From Minisyncoccota bacterium (lineage in GTDB: Bacteria > Patescibacteriota > Minisyncoccia > Phycocordibacterales > UBA918), in contig JAIPIB010000003.1 in the NCBI GenBank assembly GCA_021734905.1, positions 1,334-65,333 on the forward strand: a stretch of DNA of 64,000 nucleotides, given 5' to 3'. Under the pieces are notes generated by a model that was not told the DNA's origin, did not search any database, and saw nothing but the letters and a program-made list of their open reading frames with translations. Position numbers and translations under genes: made by a program. Shown here piece after piece: positions 52,098 to 61,076 of this stretch; position 1 is the first letter of the stretch; every line of letters begins with the position of its first letter.

Positions 52098-54458
52098 ATG
52101 AGCCAAACACTCGTTATTGTTGAATCACCAGCAAAAGCTAAGACTATCGAAAAATACCTTGGTAAAGGCTATACCGTTCGTGCGTCTGTTGGTCACGTTC
52201 GTGACCTTCCTAAAAGTAATAAGGATGCCGTAGATATAGAAGGTGGTTTTATTCCACACTATATTCAATCTTCAGGAAAAGAGAAGGTTATTAAAGAACT
52301 TCGTGCAGAAGCAGGAAAAGCTGACTCTGTTCTCCTTGCAACTGACCCCGACCGTGAGGGCGAGGCAATTGCATGGCACGTTGCGGAACTCATTAAGGAT
52401 GCAAACAAAAATCAGAAGCGTATCGTTTTCCATGAAATCACCGAACCTGCAGTAAATGAAGCTCTAAAACATCCACGCGACATTGACATGCACCTCAAGG
52501 AAGCTCAGGAGGCACGAAGAGTGCTCGACAGACTCGTAGGCTACGATCTCTCTGGCTTAATTTGGAAAAAAGTTCGTTACGGTCTTTCTGCTGGACGAGT
52601 ACAATCACCTGCGCTCCGTATCATTATGGAACGTGAGCGTGAAATCCGTGCATTTATACCAGAAAGTTACTTTGTATTATCTGCTCTTACAAAGACACCC
52701 AGTAAAACCGACCTAGCACTTACTTGTTCTATTGAACCACGAGAAAAAGATGAAGCGGAGCGCATTGTGAAAATTGGAGAGACACATCCATGGGAAATTA
52801 AAAACATAAAGGAAACTGAACAAAAAAGAACTCCACGACCTCCCTTCACGACATCAACACTTCAACAAGTCGCCTCAACGCGCCTTGGCTTTTCTCCTTC
52901 ACGGACAATGGGAGCGGCTCAGAAATTATATGAATCTGGACACATTACATACATGCGTACTGATTCAACAACAATGAGTGCGCTTGCCCAAAAAGAAATA
53001 CTCTCCCTTCTCACGAAGGAATACGGAAAAGAATATGTCACCGCGAGAACATACAAAACAAAAAGTAAATCTGCTCAAGAGGCCCATGAAGCTGTGCGTC
53101 CAAGTAACTTCTCAAAGCGATCTGCTGGAATGACTGACGATCAGAAAAAACTTTATACATTAATATGGGAGCGTGCGGTTTCATCTCAAATGGCAGATGC
53201 TATCGTCAAGCGCACAAAAATAATTGCAAATGTTACCGAATGTTCAGAGACTATTCCTGATTTTTCTACAAACGGTTCACGAATTATGTTCCCCGGATGG
53301 CTTGCTGTAGACACACGTGCGCGCGGAGAAGACACTGAAGTGCCAAAGCTTAATACTGGCGACAAACTCTCACTCACTGAAATGCTTTCAGAAGGAAAAG
53401 AAACTCAGCCACCGAGCCGATATACAGAAGCCGGACTTATCAAAGAACTTGAGAAACGAGGCATTGGAAGACCGTCAACGTATGCATCTATCATGAAGAC
53501 AATTATTGATCGTGGCTACGTAGAGAAAGTTGGAAAGACACTTACTCCAACAGACACTGGCGATCTAGTCTCTTCATTTCTTGAAGAACACTTCGCAAAA
53601 TATATTGGTGATGATTTTACAAGCGAAATGGAAAACGAGCTCGACGAGATCGCAAACGGTACGCGTGGCTACACCGAAACACTCACTGAATTTTATACTC
53701 CTTTTAGTGCTGCTGTGGCTGCCAAAGAACACATTGATAAAATTACAAATCTCGGCGCAGGTCCGGAGGAATTCCCCTGCCCGACATGCGGAAGTGGAAT
53801 GGTCATCAAGCTTGGACGTGGCGGTAAATTTCTTTCATGCGATACCTACCCAGTATGTGACGGAGCAAGAATGATTGATGGTTCTCAAATAAAAGATGAC
53901 GAGCCACTTGGAAGACATCCAGAAACTGGTGAAGATATCTTTCTTCTCAATGGACGCTTCGGTCCGTATGTACAACTGGGACCTACTCCAGAAAAAATAA
54001 AAGGTAAAAAGTCCATAACGCCAAAGCGAGCGAGTGTTCCAAAAGAAAAATCTGTTGCTGATGTCACTCTTGAAGATGCGGTTCATTATCTAATCTTGCC
54101 TCGTGAACTCGGTCTTCATCCAGAAACACAAGAACCCATCATTGCAAATACTGGACGCTTCGGTCCATACATTGGCCATGTTGGCGATTTTCGTTCACTG
54201 AAAGGTGATGATACGCCATATATCATCAGTTTCGAACGTGCTCTAGAAATACTTAAGGAACCGAAGAAAATGCGCTCCGGCGAAAAACTACTCAAGGAAG
54301 TAGGGCTTCATCCAAAAACAAAGAAAATGTTGAAGGTTTTTGAATCAAAGTCAGGACGATATATGAAACGTGGTTTTGCTCGAATATGGCTCCCTGACGA
54401 AACAGATGTCGCCAAATTTTCTGTTGAAGATGCACTAGCTCTTCTTACTAAAAAATAG
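52098..54458 (+). CDS. topA: DNA topoisomerase I
   Basis: IVESPAK, ATDPDREGE, SAGRVQS, ITYMRTD, GIGRPSTY, one Zn ribbon plus GRFGPY C-terminal repeats. Confidence 0.98.
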   Translation: MSQTLVIVESPAKAKTIEKYLGKGYTVRASVGHVRDLPKSNKDAVDIEGGFIPHYIQSSGKEKVIKELRAEAGKADSVLLATDPDREGEAIAWHVAELIKDANKNQKRIVFHEITEPAVNEALKHPRDIDMHLKEAQEARRVLDRLVGYDLSGLIWKKVRYGLSAGRVQSPALRIIMEREREIRAFIPESYFVLSALTKTPSKTDLALTCSIEPREKDEAERIVKIGETHPWEIKNIKETEQKRTPRPPFTTSTLQQVASTRLGFSPSRTMGAAQKLYESGHITYMRTDSTTMSALAQKEILSLLTKEYGKEYVTARTYKTKSKSAQEAHEAVRPSNFSKRSAGMTDDQKKLYTLIWERAVSSQMADAIVKRTKIIANVTECSETIPDFSTNGSRIMFPGWLAVDTRARGEDTEVPKLNTGDKLSLTEMLSEGKETQPPSRYTEAGLIKELEKRGIGRPSTYASIMKTIIDRGYVEKVGKTLTPTDTGDLVSSFLEEHFAKYIGDDFTSEMENELDEIANGTRGYTETLTEFYTPFSAAVAAKEHIDKITNLGAGPEEFPCPTCGSGMVIKLGRGGKFLSCDTYPVCDGARMIDGSQIKDDEPLGRHPETGEDIFLLNGRFGPYVQLGPTPEKIKGKKSITPKRASVPKEKSVADVTLEDAVHYLILPRELGLHPETQEPIIANTGRFGPYIGHVGDFRSLKGDDTPYIISFERALEILKEPKKMRSGEKLLKEVGLHPKTKKMLKVFESKSGRYMKRGFARIWLPDETDVAKFSVEDALALLTKK

Positions 54459-54490
54459 AGACGTTTGTTATCTTTGCAACTGGATGTAGA

Positions 54491-56077
54491 ATGGGTTACA
54501 TGACTACCGAAGATGTTCAAAAAATCACTCAGCACATGTACTCACCGAGTACTGCAGATATTGAACTAATCACAAAAGCATATGATGTTGCTGAGCAAGC
54601 GCACGAAGGACGGTTTCGATACTCGGGTAAGCCCTATTTGTCTCATTTAACTGAGACAGCTCGAATGCTTGCAGAAATTGGTATGGGGGCGCACACCATT
54701 GCAGCTGGACTTCTTCATGACACTATCGAAGATACCGACCTAACTCCTGAAGAACTTCAAAAGGAATTCGGAGATGAAATATTTTTCCTTGTTCAAGGAG
54801 TAACAAAGCTTGGTTCTGTTCGTTATTACGGAAGCGACCGTCACAACGAGAGTTTACGTAAACTCTTTGTAGCAACGAGTCAAGACATTCGTGTTTTAAT
54901 TATCAAACTCATAGATCGTCTGCATAACATGCAGACGCTCCAGTATGTACCAAAAGAAAAACAACTCCGTATAGCGAGAGAAACTCTGGAAATCTATGTC
55001 CCCGTAACACACCGACTAGGAATGGGTCGAATCCGAAAAGAACTTGAGGATTTAGCATTTCCCTATGTATACCCCGAAGAATTCAAGAAGATTACTGACC
55101 TCACAAAGCATATTGTAAAGAAGAGTGAGGTTGACCTTGAAAAATCACGAAAAACATTACAAAAGAGACTTGCTGAGGCTGGCATTCGCGATTTTCATAC
55201 CTCATACCGTGCAAAGGGAATGTATAGCCTCTACCAAAAACTCAAGCGAAGGGAGTGGGACATGGACAATATCCATGATTTTTTAGCAATCCGCATCGTT
55301 GTTCCAAGCATTGAGCAGTGCTATCAAGTACTTGGTATTGTCCATGAATTATGGAGACCTCTTCCGCAGCGTGTAAAAGATTATATTGCTTTTCCAAAAC
55401 CTAACGGTTACCAGTCTCTTCATACAACTGTCATTACTACAAATAGTACGATTCTCGAGGTGCAAATTCGTACAAAAGCTATGCATAGTGAGGCTGAATA
55501 TGGGATTGCATCTCATATTATGTACAAAAATATCCAACAAGGAAAAAAAGAAACAATATCAGGAGGTGCTAAATCTTGGTTTAGCACACTTGTACCATCA
55601 CTTTTTCGTCCTTTTATATGGAGAGCCTCGAAGAATGCTGAAACACAAACGCAAATGATTAAGGAGGAACACGAGCACAAACAAAAAATTCCTCATTGGA
55701 TACAAGAAATTGCAAGTGCTCACACGACAAATGACAGCTCAAACGAATTTTTTGATGGACTTAAGGATGATTTTTTCTCCTATCGGATATTCGTATTCAC
55801 TCCTGAAGGAGATGTTGTCGACCTCCCTGTTGGCGCTTCACCAATTGATTTTGCGTATGCTATTCATTCAGACATTGGTGACCACACTTCAGGAGCAAAG
55901 GTGAACAATAAACTTGTTGAACTTGATACAAAACTTAATAATGGTGACATCGTAGAAATTATTAAAAATAAATCAAACAAGCCAACCCAAAAATGGCTTT
56001 CATATGCCAAAACATCACTTGCACGCAGGAGAATTCGCACAGCTCTCACCTCACAAAATGAGGTTCATCATAAGTAA
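54491..56077 (+). CDS. rel: RelA/SpoT homologue (HD + synthetase + TGS, no ACT)
   Basis: LLHDTIED, DRLHNM, YQSLHT, EVQIRT, AEYGIASH, VFTP.G..DFAY..HS. Confidence 0.92.
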   Translation: MGYMTTEDVQKITQHMYSPSTADIELITKAYDVAEQAHEGRFRYSGKPYLSHLTETARMLAEIGMGAHTIAAGLLHDTIEDTDLTPEELQKEFGDEIFFLVQGVTKLGSVRYYGSDRHNESLRKLFVATSQDIRVLIIKLIDRLHNMQTLQYVPKEKQLRIARETLEIYVPVTHRLGMGRIRKELEDLAFPYVYPEEFKKITDLTKHIVKKSEVDLEKSRKTLQKRLAEAGIRDFHTSYRAKGMYSLYQKLKRREWDMDNIHDFLAIRIVVPSIEQCYQVLGIVHELWRPLPQRVKDYIAFPKPNGYQSLHTTVITTNSTILEVQIRTKAMHSEAEYGIASHIMYKNIQQGKKETISGGAKSWFSTLVPSLFRPFIWRASKNAETQTQMIKEEHEHKQKIPHWIQEIASAHTTNDSSNEFFDGLKDDFFSYRIFVFTPEGDVVDLPVGASPIDFAYAIHSDIGDHTSGAKVNNKLVELDTKLNNGDIVEIIKNKSNKPTQKWLSYAKTSLARRRIRTALTSQNEVHHK

Positions 56078-56298
56078 AAAAATGAGCTGCGTACCAAAAT
56101 CGATTAGAACTCCCATACAACCTCCTTTTAATGTTTGTCCGCACCGCCAACCAATTGCTTGAGTGCAAGATATTTTATATGAATCACATTAAAAATGTTT
56201 TTCCTTAGCCACACAGATGATGTGGCACTTCAAAGAACTTCACACATTATGCATAAATTATTGAATAACTCAATTATTTACCAGTATCCGACTTTTTA

Positions 56299-57507
56299 CT
56301 ATAGTGAAAAATTCTTTATAGAATACATATCTGAAGAGTCATCTTCTTCTGATTGTGCCTGGATGGTTTGAGGGTTACTTTCTTCAATTCTTTGATTTTG
56401 AACTGCTTGCTGAATAGGTTCCGACTCTGTCAATTGATATTCTGTTTCAATCAAATCATCTTCTATTTCAGTACCTTCTGGGACCTCAAGTGTGTCATGT
56501 CGAGTATACACATCCTCATCAACTGGAGCCTCTGCAAGTAATTCTTCTTCAGGATTATTAAGTACTGGTATTTCATCATTGGGTTTAATTTCCGGAGTCG
56601 GGACTTCATCTGCACTCACAAGTGGCGTTGCTGCTGTGACATGCGCAAGAATTTTTCTATCAGTATTTCCATTAGCAGATTCAGCTTTATGCACCATTTC
56701 AAGTAACTTTCGAAGATCCTCTGGTGCAAAGTAGTCAATAGTAAGTTTACCGCCAAAATCAGTTTTAAGAATTTGTACTCGTGTTCCGAATGTTTCTGTA
56801 AATTGTCTTTCAATTTCGATAAGTTCTGGATCAGAATTTTGCCAGTCCTTCTTCCGAACTTTATCAGATGCTATTTTTCGAGTAATACGCTCCACCTCAC
56901 GCACAGAAAGTTTTTTGAGTAGAATCTCTCGAAAAACAACATCTTGTTCTACTTGTCTATCGTTAAGCATAAGTAGCGTTCTTGCGTGTCCGTCAGAGAT
57001 ATCGTTCACTCGTAATGCGTTTAGAATCACTTCCGGAAGTCCGAGAAGTCGGATTGAGTTAGATACATATTCACGACTACGTCCAACCTTTTGTGCAACT
57101 TGTGCATGTGAGAGGCCGAATTTTTCAGAAAGTTGCTTAAACGCGAGAGCGCGGTCGACCGCATTAAGATCCTCTCGTTGTAAATTCTCGATAATTGCAA
57201 GCTCAAGCTTCATGAGCTGCGACTCCTCACCAGAACGGATAATAACCGGCACTTGAGCAAGGCCAGCTAGTTTTGAAGCTCGAAGTCTCCGTTCTCCAGC
57301 AATAAGTTCATACTCAGTAGAAAAAGCTCCGTTCTCGGCCATTATCTCCCGGCGAGTTACAACGAGTGGTTGCAAGATCCCGTACATTCGAATCGATTCA
57401 GAGAGCTCCTGAAGTTTATTTGGATCAAATTCACGACGTGGTTGGAATGGATTTGGAACAACTTTTTCCACCTCAATCCAAAAAATTGAATTACTTTCGT
57501 ATGCCAT
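56299..57507 (-). CDS. parB: ParB/Spo0J with long acidic C-terminal tail
   Basis: NPFQPR, GILQP, IAGERRLRA, IENLQREDL; start MAYESN. Confidence 0.93.
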   Translation of the reverse strand: MAYESNSIFWIEVEKVVPNPFQPRREFDPNKLQELSESIRMYGILQPLVVTRREIMAENGAFSTEYELIAGERRLRASKLAGLAQVPVIIRSGEESQLMKLELAIIENLQREDLNAVDRALAFKQLSEKFGLSHAQVAQKVGRSREYVSNSIRLLGLPEVILNALRVNDISDGHARTLLMLNDRQVEQDVVFREILLKKLSVREVERITRKIASDKVRKKDWQNSDPELIEIERQFTETFGTRVQILKTDFGGKLTIDYFAPEDLRKLLEMVHKAESANGNTDRKILAHVTAATPLVSADEVPTPEIKPNDEIPVLNNPEEELLAEAPVDEDVYTRHDTLEVPEGTEIEDDLIETEYQLTESEPIQQAVQNQRIEESNPQTIQAQSEEDDSSDMYSIKNFSL

Positions 57508-57583
57508 AGCGACATTGTAGCATATGATATATTCCCAGCCTGTGTATAATTTGATACACTTCGGATGACGTTCTTCCCAGTGT

Positions 57584-57883
57584 GCCGGGATGGCGGAATT
57601 GGTATACCGTGAATCAGTGCCCCGCACTGATTCACCAACTCAAAATCGTGTATCGAAAGGTTTGAGGGCTGAAACAATATGGGGTATTGTTTCAGGAGGT
57701 TGTCGAGATTTTATTATTCGTGTTCATAGTGCTGGAGTGGCGGAATTGGTATACGCGCGCGACTCAAAATCGCGTTCCGCAAGGATTGAGGGTTCAAGTC
57801 CCTCCTCCAGCACTGTGAACGAGAATTAAAAAAAATTATACAACCTGAACAGAATTCGTAGAATTCAAGTCCCTCTCCCGGCA
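57584..57883 (+). pseudogene. Disrupted outer tRNA-Leu(CAA) carrying element copy 2, which encloses the intact tRNA-Leu
   Basis: gccggga..tcccggca acceptor pair, tggcggaattggtatac, ctcaaaatc, gaggg|ttcaagtccctc, interrupted by hairpins. Confidence 0.75.
57731..57812 (+). tRNA. tRNA-Leu(CAA), no encoded CCA
   Basis: gctggag/ctccagc acceptor, cgcga-ctCAAaa-tcgcg, variable arm, GGTTCAAG. Confidence 0.95.
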
Positions 57884-57918
57884 CAGCGCTTCTTAACTAA
57901 GTATCTATCCCTGAATAC

Positions 57919-57947
57919 AAAAAACCCGTCGTAAAGTACGGGTTTTT
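57919..57947. terminator. Bidirectional terminator
   Basis: aaaaacccgt..acgggttttt. Confidence 0.6.
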
Positions 57948-57963
57948 CGTACTGCGACGGATT

Positions 57964-58569
57964 CTACCTTCTGCAAAGCATGTTATATGTTTGAGCTGAC
58001 TTTCTCTCCCTAAGCCATGTACCAACGGACTCATTGCCGACAGCAATTTCATTAGTGGTCGCCCAATCCAAACCAGTTTTGCCATGACGAAAAAGACAAT
58101 GGCCAAAACGTGCAACATCAAACTTGCCGTCACAAGGCTCAACAACTTTCTCAATTGCAAAATATGGCTGAAAGCTATTTCGGCGATATCGCAGCTTGAG
58201 GGTAATTTCCGAAAGAACAGGGACAAGGACCTTATTTGGAGTGACGGTATAGATGAGCTCTGTTCCTCCTTTTTCCTCGGGAACTTCTTCAATCTGACCG
58301 TCAGCAATACGGGCAACAGAAACCCAATGCACGGTCTCTGCTACCATCTCTGACCCATGAGCAAAGCTATGAAAGCCACTTGGGACTTTAGAGATGAATT
58401 TGTGATACGCAAGAATAAGTTCCCCAGAAAATTTACGCACAGCGGGTGCAAAAACAGTTCGAACCAATCTTCTCTGAAGTCCGTCGCGCAATCCTGCGAT
58501 AGGCTTTTCCGCAGAGTCCCAAATTTGTTTTAAGACGAGTACTTCTGGCGTACTTGTTGTGATAATCAC
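57964..58569 (-). CDS. Hypothetical protein
   Basis: 201-aa ORF (GTG start, ggagg upstream); no family recognised. Confidence 0.5.
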   Translation of the reverse strand: MIITTSTPEVLVLKQIWDSAEKPIAGLRDGLQRRLVRTVFAPAVRKFSGELILAYHKFISKVPSGFHSFAHGSEMVAETVHWVSVARIADGQIEEVPEEKGGTELIYTVTPNKVLVPVLSEITLKLRYRRNSFQPYFAIEKVVEPCDGKFDVARFGHCLFRHGKTGLDWATTNEIAVGNESVGTWLRERKSAQTYNMLCRR

Positions 58570-58705
58570 GGATCACCTCCATTTGTTTAATTTGAGAAAT
58601 AGCAAGACCTCAATCCAAGTCAAATCCTACGCTATCCGTGTACAAATGCAAATTCATCCTCACACACGCGTTACAAGCACACCTAAATATGATATACCTG
58701 CACTC

Positions 58706-59596
58706 ATGAGCAAGTCAAAAGTATTAGTTATAGTAGGACCTACAGCATCGGGGAAGACTTCCCTTTCTATATCTCTCGCCAAAAAATTTGACGGTGAGAT
58801 TACTTCTGCTGACTCACGACAAGTTTATAAGGGGCTTGATATAGGAACTGGCAAGGTTACTAAGGGTGAAATGGAGGGTGTTCCACATCATCTTCTTGAT
58901 GTAGTATGCCCTGAAGAAACCTATACCGTCGCGGACTTCGTCCGCGACGGTCGAAATGCCATTACTGACATACACTCTCGTGGGAGACTTCCCATAATTG
59001 TCGGTGGAACATTTTTTTATGTTGATGCTCTTTTGGGTAAAATTGTTACACCAGAAGTTCCACCAAATCAAAAACTGCGAGCTGAGCTAGAGGATTGCTC
59101 GAATGAAGATCTTTTTTTAAGATTACAAGAAAAAGATCCTAAGCGGTCAAAAAACATTGACCAGCACAACGGCCGGAGACTCATCCGTGCACTTGAGATC
59201 GTGGATTCGCTAGGCTCTGTCCCAAAGATCCATGTTGAAGAACTTTATGATGTGCTCACGCTTGGTATCGCGATTAATCGCGATACCCTCAAAGAAAATA
59301 TCCACACTCGTCTTGCTGACCGATTAAAAACAGGAATGCTTGAGGAAGTTACTGAGCTACATAAGGCAGGACTTTCATACGAAAGACTTTCAGAGCTTGG
59401 AATTGAATATCAATACCTCAGTAAATTTATACAAGGAAATATTTCAGAAGATGAAATGCGACAACAAATTGAAACAAAAAGTTGGCAATACGCAAAACGT
59501 CAAATGATGTGGCTAAAGCGAGACAAGACGATACAATGGGTGAAATTGGATGAATTGGAAAAAATTGATACGTTAGTAAATAAATTTTTAAGATAG
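58706..59596 (+). CDS. miaA: tRNA dimethylallyltransferase
   Basis: GPTASGKT, SADSRQVY, DIGTGK, HHLLD, VGGT, YAKRQ..W. Confidence 0.96.
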   Translation: MSKSKVLVIVGPTASGKTSLSISLAKKFDGEITSADSRQVYKGLDIGTGKVTKGEMEGVPHHLLDVVCPEETYTVADFVRDGRNAITDIHSRGRLPIIVGGTFFYVDALLGKIVTPEVPPNQKLRAELEDCSNEDLFLRLQEKDPKRSKNIDQHNGRRLIRALEIVDSLGSVPKIHVEELYDVLTLGIAINRDTLKENIHTRLADRLKTGMLEEVTELHKAGLSYERLSELGIEYQYLSKFIQGNISEDEMRQQIETKSWQYAKRQMMWLKRDKTIQWVKLDELEKIDTLVNKFLR

Positions 59597-59611
59597 ATGT
59601 TTTTTTAATAC

Positions 59612-59772
59612 ACTCTACGTCACGAGTTGCTAAACAAATTGCTTCGCAAACCTGTAATTTGTTAAGCACTCTCGACCCCGACTCGCTTGCCTACCGGCAT
59701 CGCTTCGTCTCCCGCAGAGGTAAAAGAAAAAGAGCATGCAAATGCATGCTCTTTTTCTTTTACCTCTGCGGG
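59612..59772 (-). repeat. Structured trailer of tRNA-Trp: perfect 30-bp inverted repeat plus two further hairpins
   Basis: 59711-59740 vs 59743-59772 perfect IR; tgcc-ggta-ggca hairpin; gtcgag..aacaaatt/aatttgtt..ctcgtgac stem. Confidence 0.7.
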
Positions 59773-59839
59773 CCCACGTGGAATCGAACCACGGCCACTG
59801 GTTTTGGAGACCAGCATTCTACCTCTAAACTATAGGCCC
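59769..59839 (-). tRNA. tRNA-Trp(CCA), no encoded CCA end
   Basis: gggccta/tgggccc acceptor, ctggt-ctCCAaa-accag, GGTTCGAT. Confidence 0.95.
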
Positions 59840-59889
59840 AGACGTCAACCATAGTACGGGAAACGGATACTATGGTCAACGGAAGACTC

Positions 59890-60744
59890 CTAGCTCCTTA
59901 CCAGAACATCCCAATGATCTCCCTCTTGCGCATAAATAGTTCCATCAGGCGCTGTATACATAGTGGCTCCGTCACTCCTAACTCCAGAATTTTTATAGTT
60001 TGTGATTATATATGTATTAAGCTTTGGGTTCATGCGAGCATCATATTTATACCCATTTCCATGACTTGTTGCTCCTGCGGCATGACCACCTGTGGACTCT
60101 GTTCCTCCGGTAATTGTTACATCACAATTACAATCTCTTTTAAGGTCAATTGCATCTTTAATAGTGGCGTCTCTTATCCCTTGAAGTGACGTACATCCTG
60201 ACGTTCCACTGCAATCAGCTTGTACTTTTCCTCCTGAACTAGTGACCGAAACATTTGCTGCTGTAAGACGATTGACAGCGTCATCTTGTGACAATCCACC
60301 TCCCTTTCCGACTGAAGCAACAGAGGGGGCTTGTGAAGACTGAGATGTTGCACTTGGAATTCCTGGTACACATTGAATTTCATTCCAAGGACCAAGGAGA
60401 GCTCCTTCGTTAAGGAGAAGTTTGAGTGCAGTATCAACGATAAGGTATCCAGAGAGAAGAATAACAAAACCAACCACTGAATTCGTCATCGTCGTACGCG
60501 CCTGAGATATTGCTTCAGTTGAACCACCAGACATAACCATTTTCATCCCTCCGAACGCAAACATGAGTGCGATAATGGTCGCCATAATTCCAATAAACCA
60601 TGAAATGAGTTTTTGTCCGAGCTCAACAAAATCACACGCTTGACAATCTGGACCATCACAAGGAACAATCCCTTCTCCAGCAAACGTCAACGCAGGAACT
60701 GATATAAGTAGTGCAAGAAAGACTACGAGTAAGGTGCGTTTCAT
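59890..60744 (-). CDS. CPR-type pilin (VirB2/TrbC-like TM pair) fused to an M15-like Zn peptidase domain
   Basis: GIVPC..C..CD, GG.KM..SGG...A......N.VVG; C-terminal SHGNGYKYD (H-x6-D) and EGDHWD. Confidence 0.7.
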   Translation of the reverse strand: MKRTLLVVFLALLISVPALTFAGEGIVPCDGPDCQACDFVELGQKLISWFIGIMATIIALMFAFGGMKMVMSGGSTEAISQARTTMTNSVVGFVILLSGYLIVDTALKLLLNEGALLGPWNEIQCVPGIPSATSQSSQAPSVASVGKGGGLSQDDAVNRLTAANVSVTSSGGKVQADCSGTSGCTSLQGIRDATIKDAIDLKRDCNCDVTITGGTESTGGHAAGATSHGNGYKYDARMNPKLNTYIITNYKNSGVRSDGATMYTAPDGTIYAQEGDHWDVLVRS

Positions 60745-60834
60745 ACTCACCATCTTATCATGTTCCTTTGTAACACTTTTACTAAACAGTGAATTGTGGT
60801 ACTTTATAACCTGTCTCTCGGGACATTCAGATAC

Positions 60835-60952
60835 ATGCGTCGGTGGCAGAGTGAGAAAGTCTGGTAGACTTTCGCAAGAGGTTGTCGATATTTCGTTGAG
60901 AAATATCATACAATCTGAACAGCGCCTGTAAGGCGGTAACGAAGTCAAATGC
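60835..60952 (+). repeat. tRNA-associated three-hairpin element, copy 3 (inside a duplicate of the tRNA-Tyr 5' end)
   Basis: atgcgtcggtggcagagtg, hairpin gaaagtct/agactttc, aggttgtcgatatttc..gaaatatcatacaatct, gaac, cgcct-gta-aggcg, then gtcaaatgc. Confidence 0.8.
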
Positions 60953-60993
60953 CTGTTATAATCAAAGCGTCTTTGATGACAGGTCAACATAAT

Positions 60994-61076
60994 GCGTCGG
61001 TGGCAGAGTGGTCAATTGCAGGAGACTGTAAATCTCCCGGATTTATCCTACGCAGGTTCAAATCCTGCCCGGCGCA
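60994..61076 (+). tRNA. tRNA-Tyr(GUA), no encoded CCA
   Basis: gcgtcgg/ccggcgc acceptor, ggaga-ctGTAaa-tctcc, variable arm, GGTTCAAA. Confidence 0.95.

Noticed and set aside
57584-57883. Group I intron in tRNA-Leu
   Set aside because: The inserts are not in the anticodon loop, show no P/Q/R/S core, and one replaces part of the anticodon stem.
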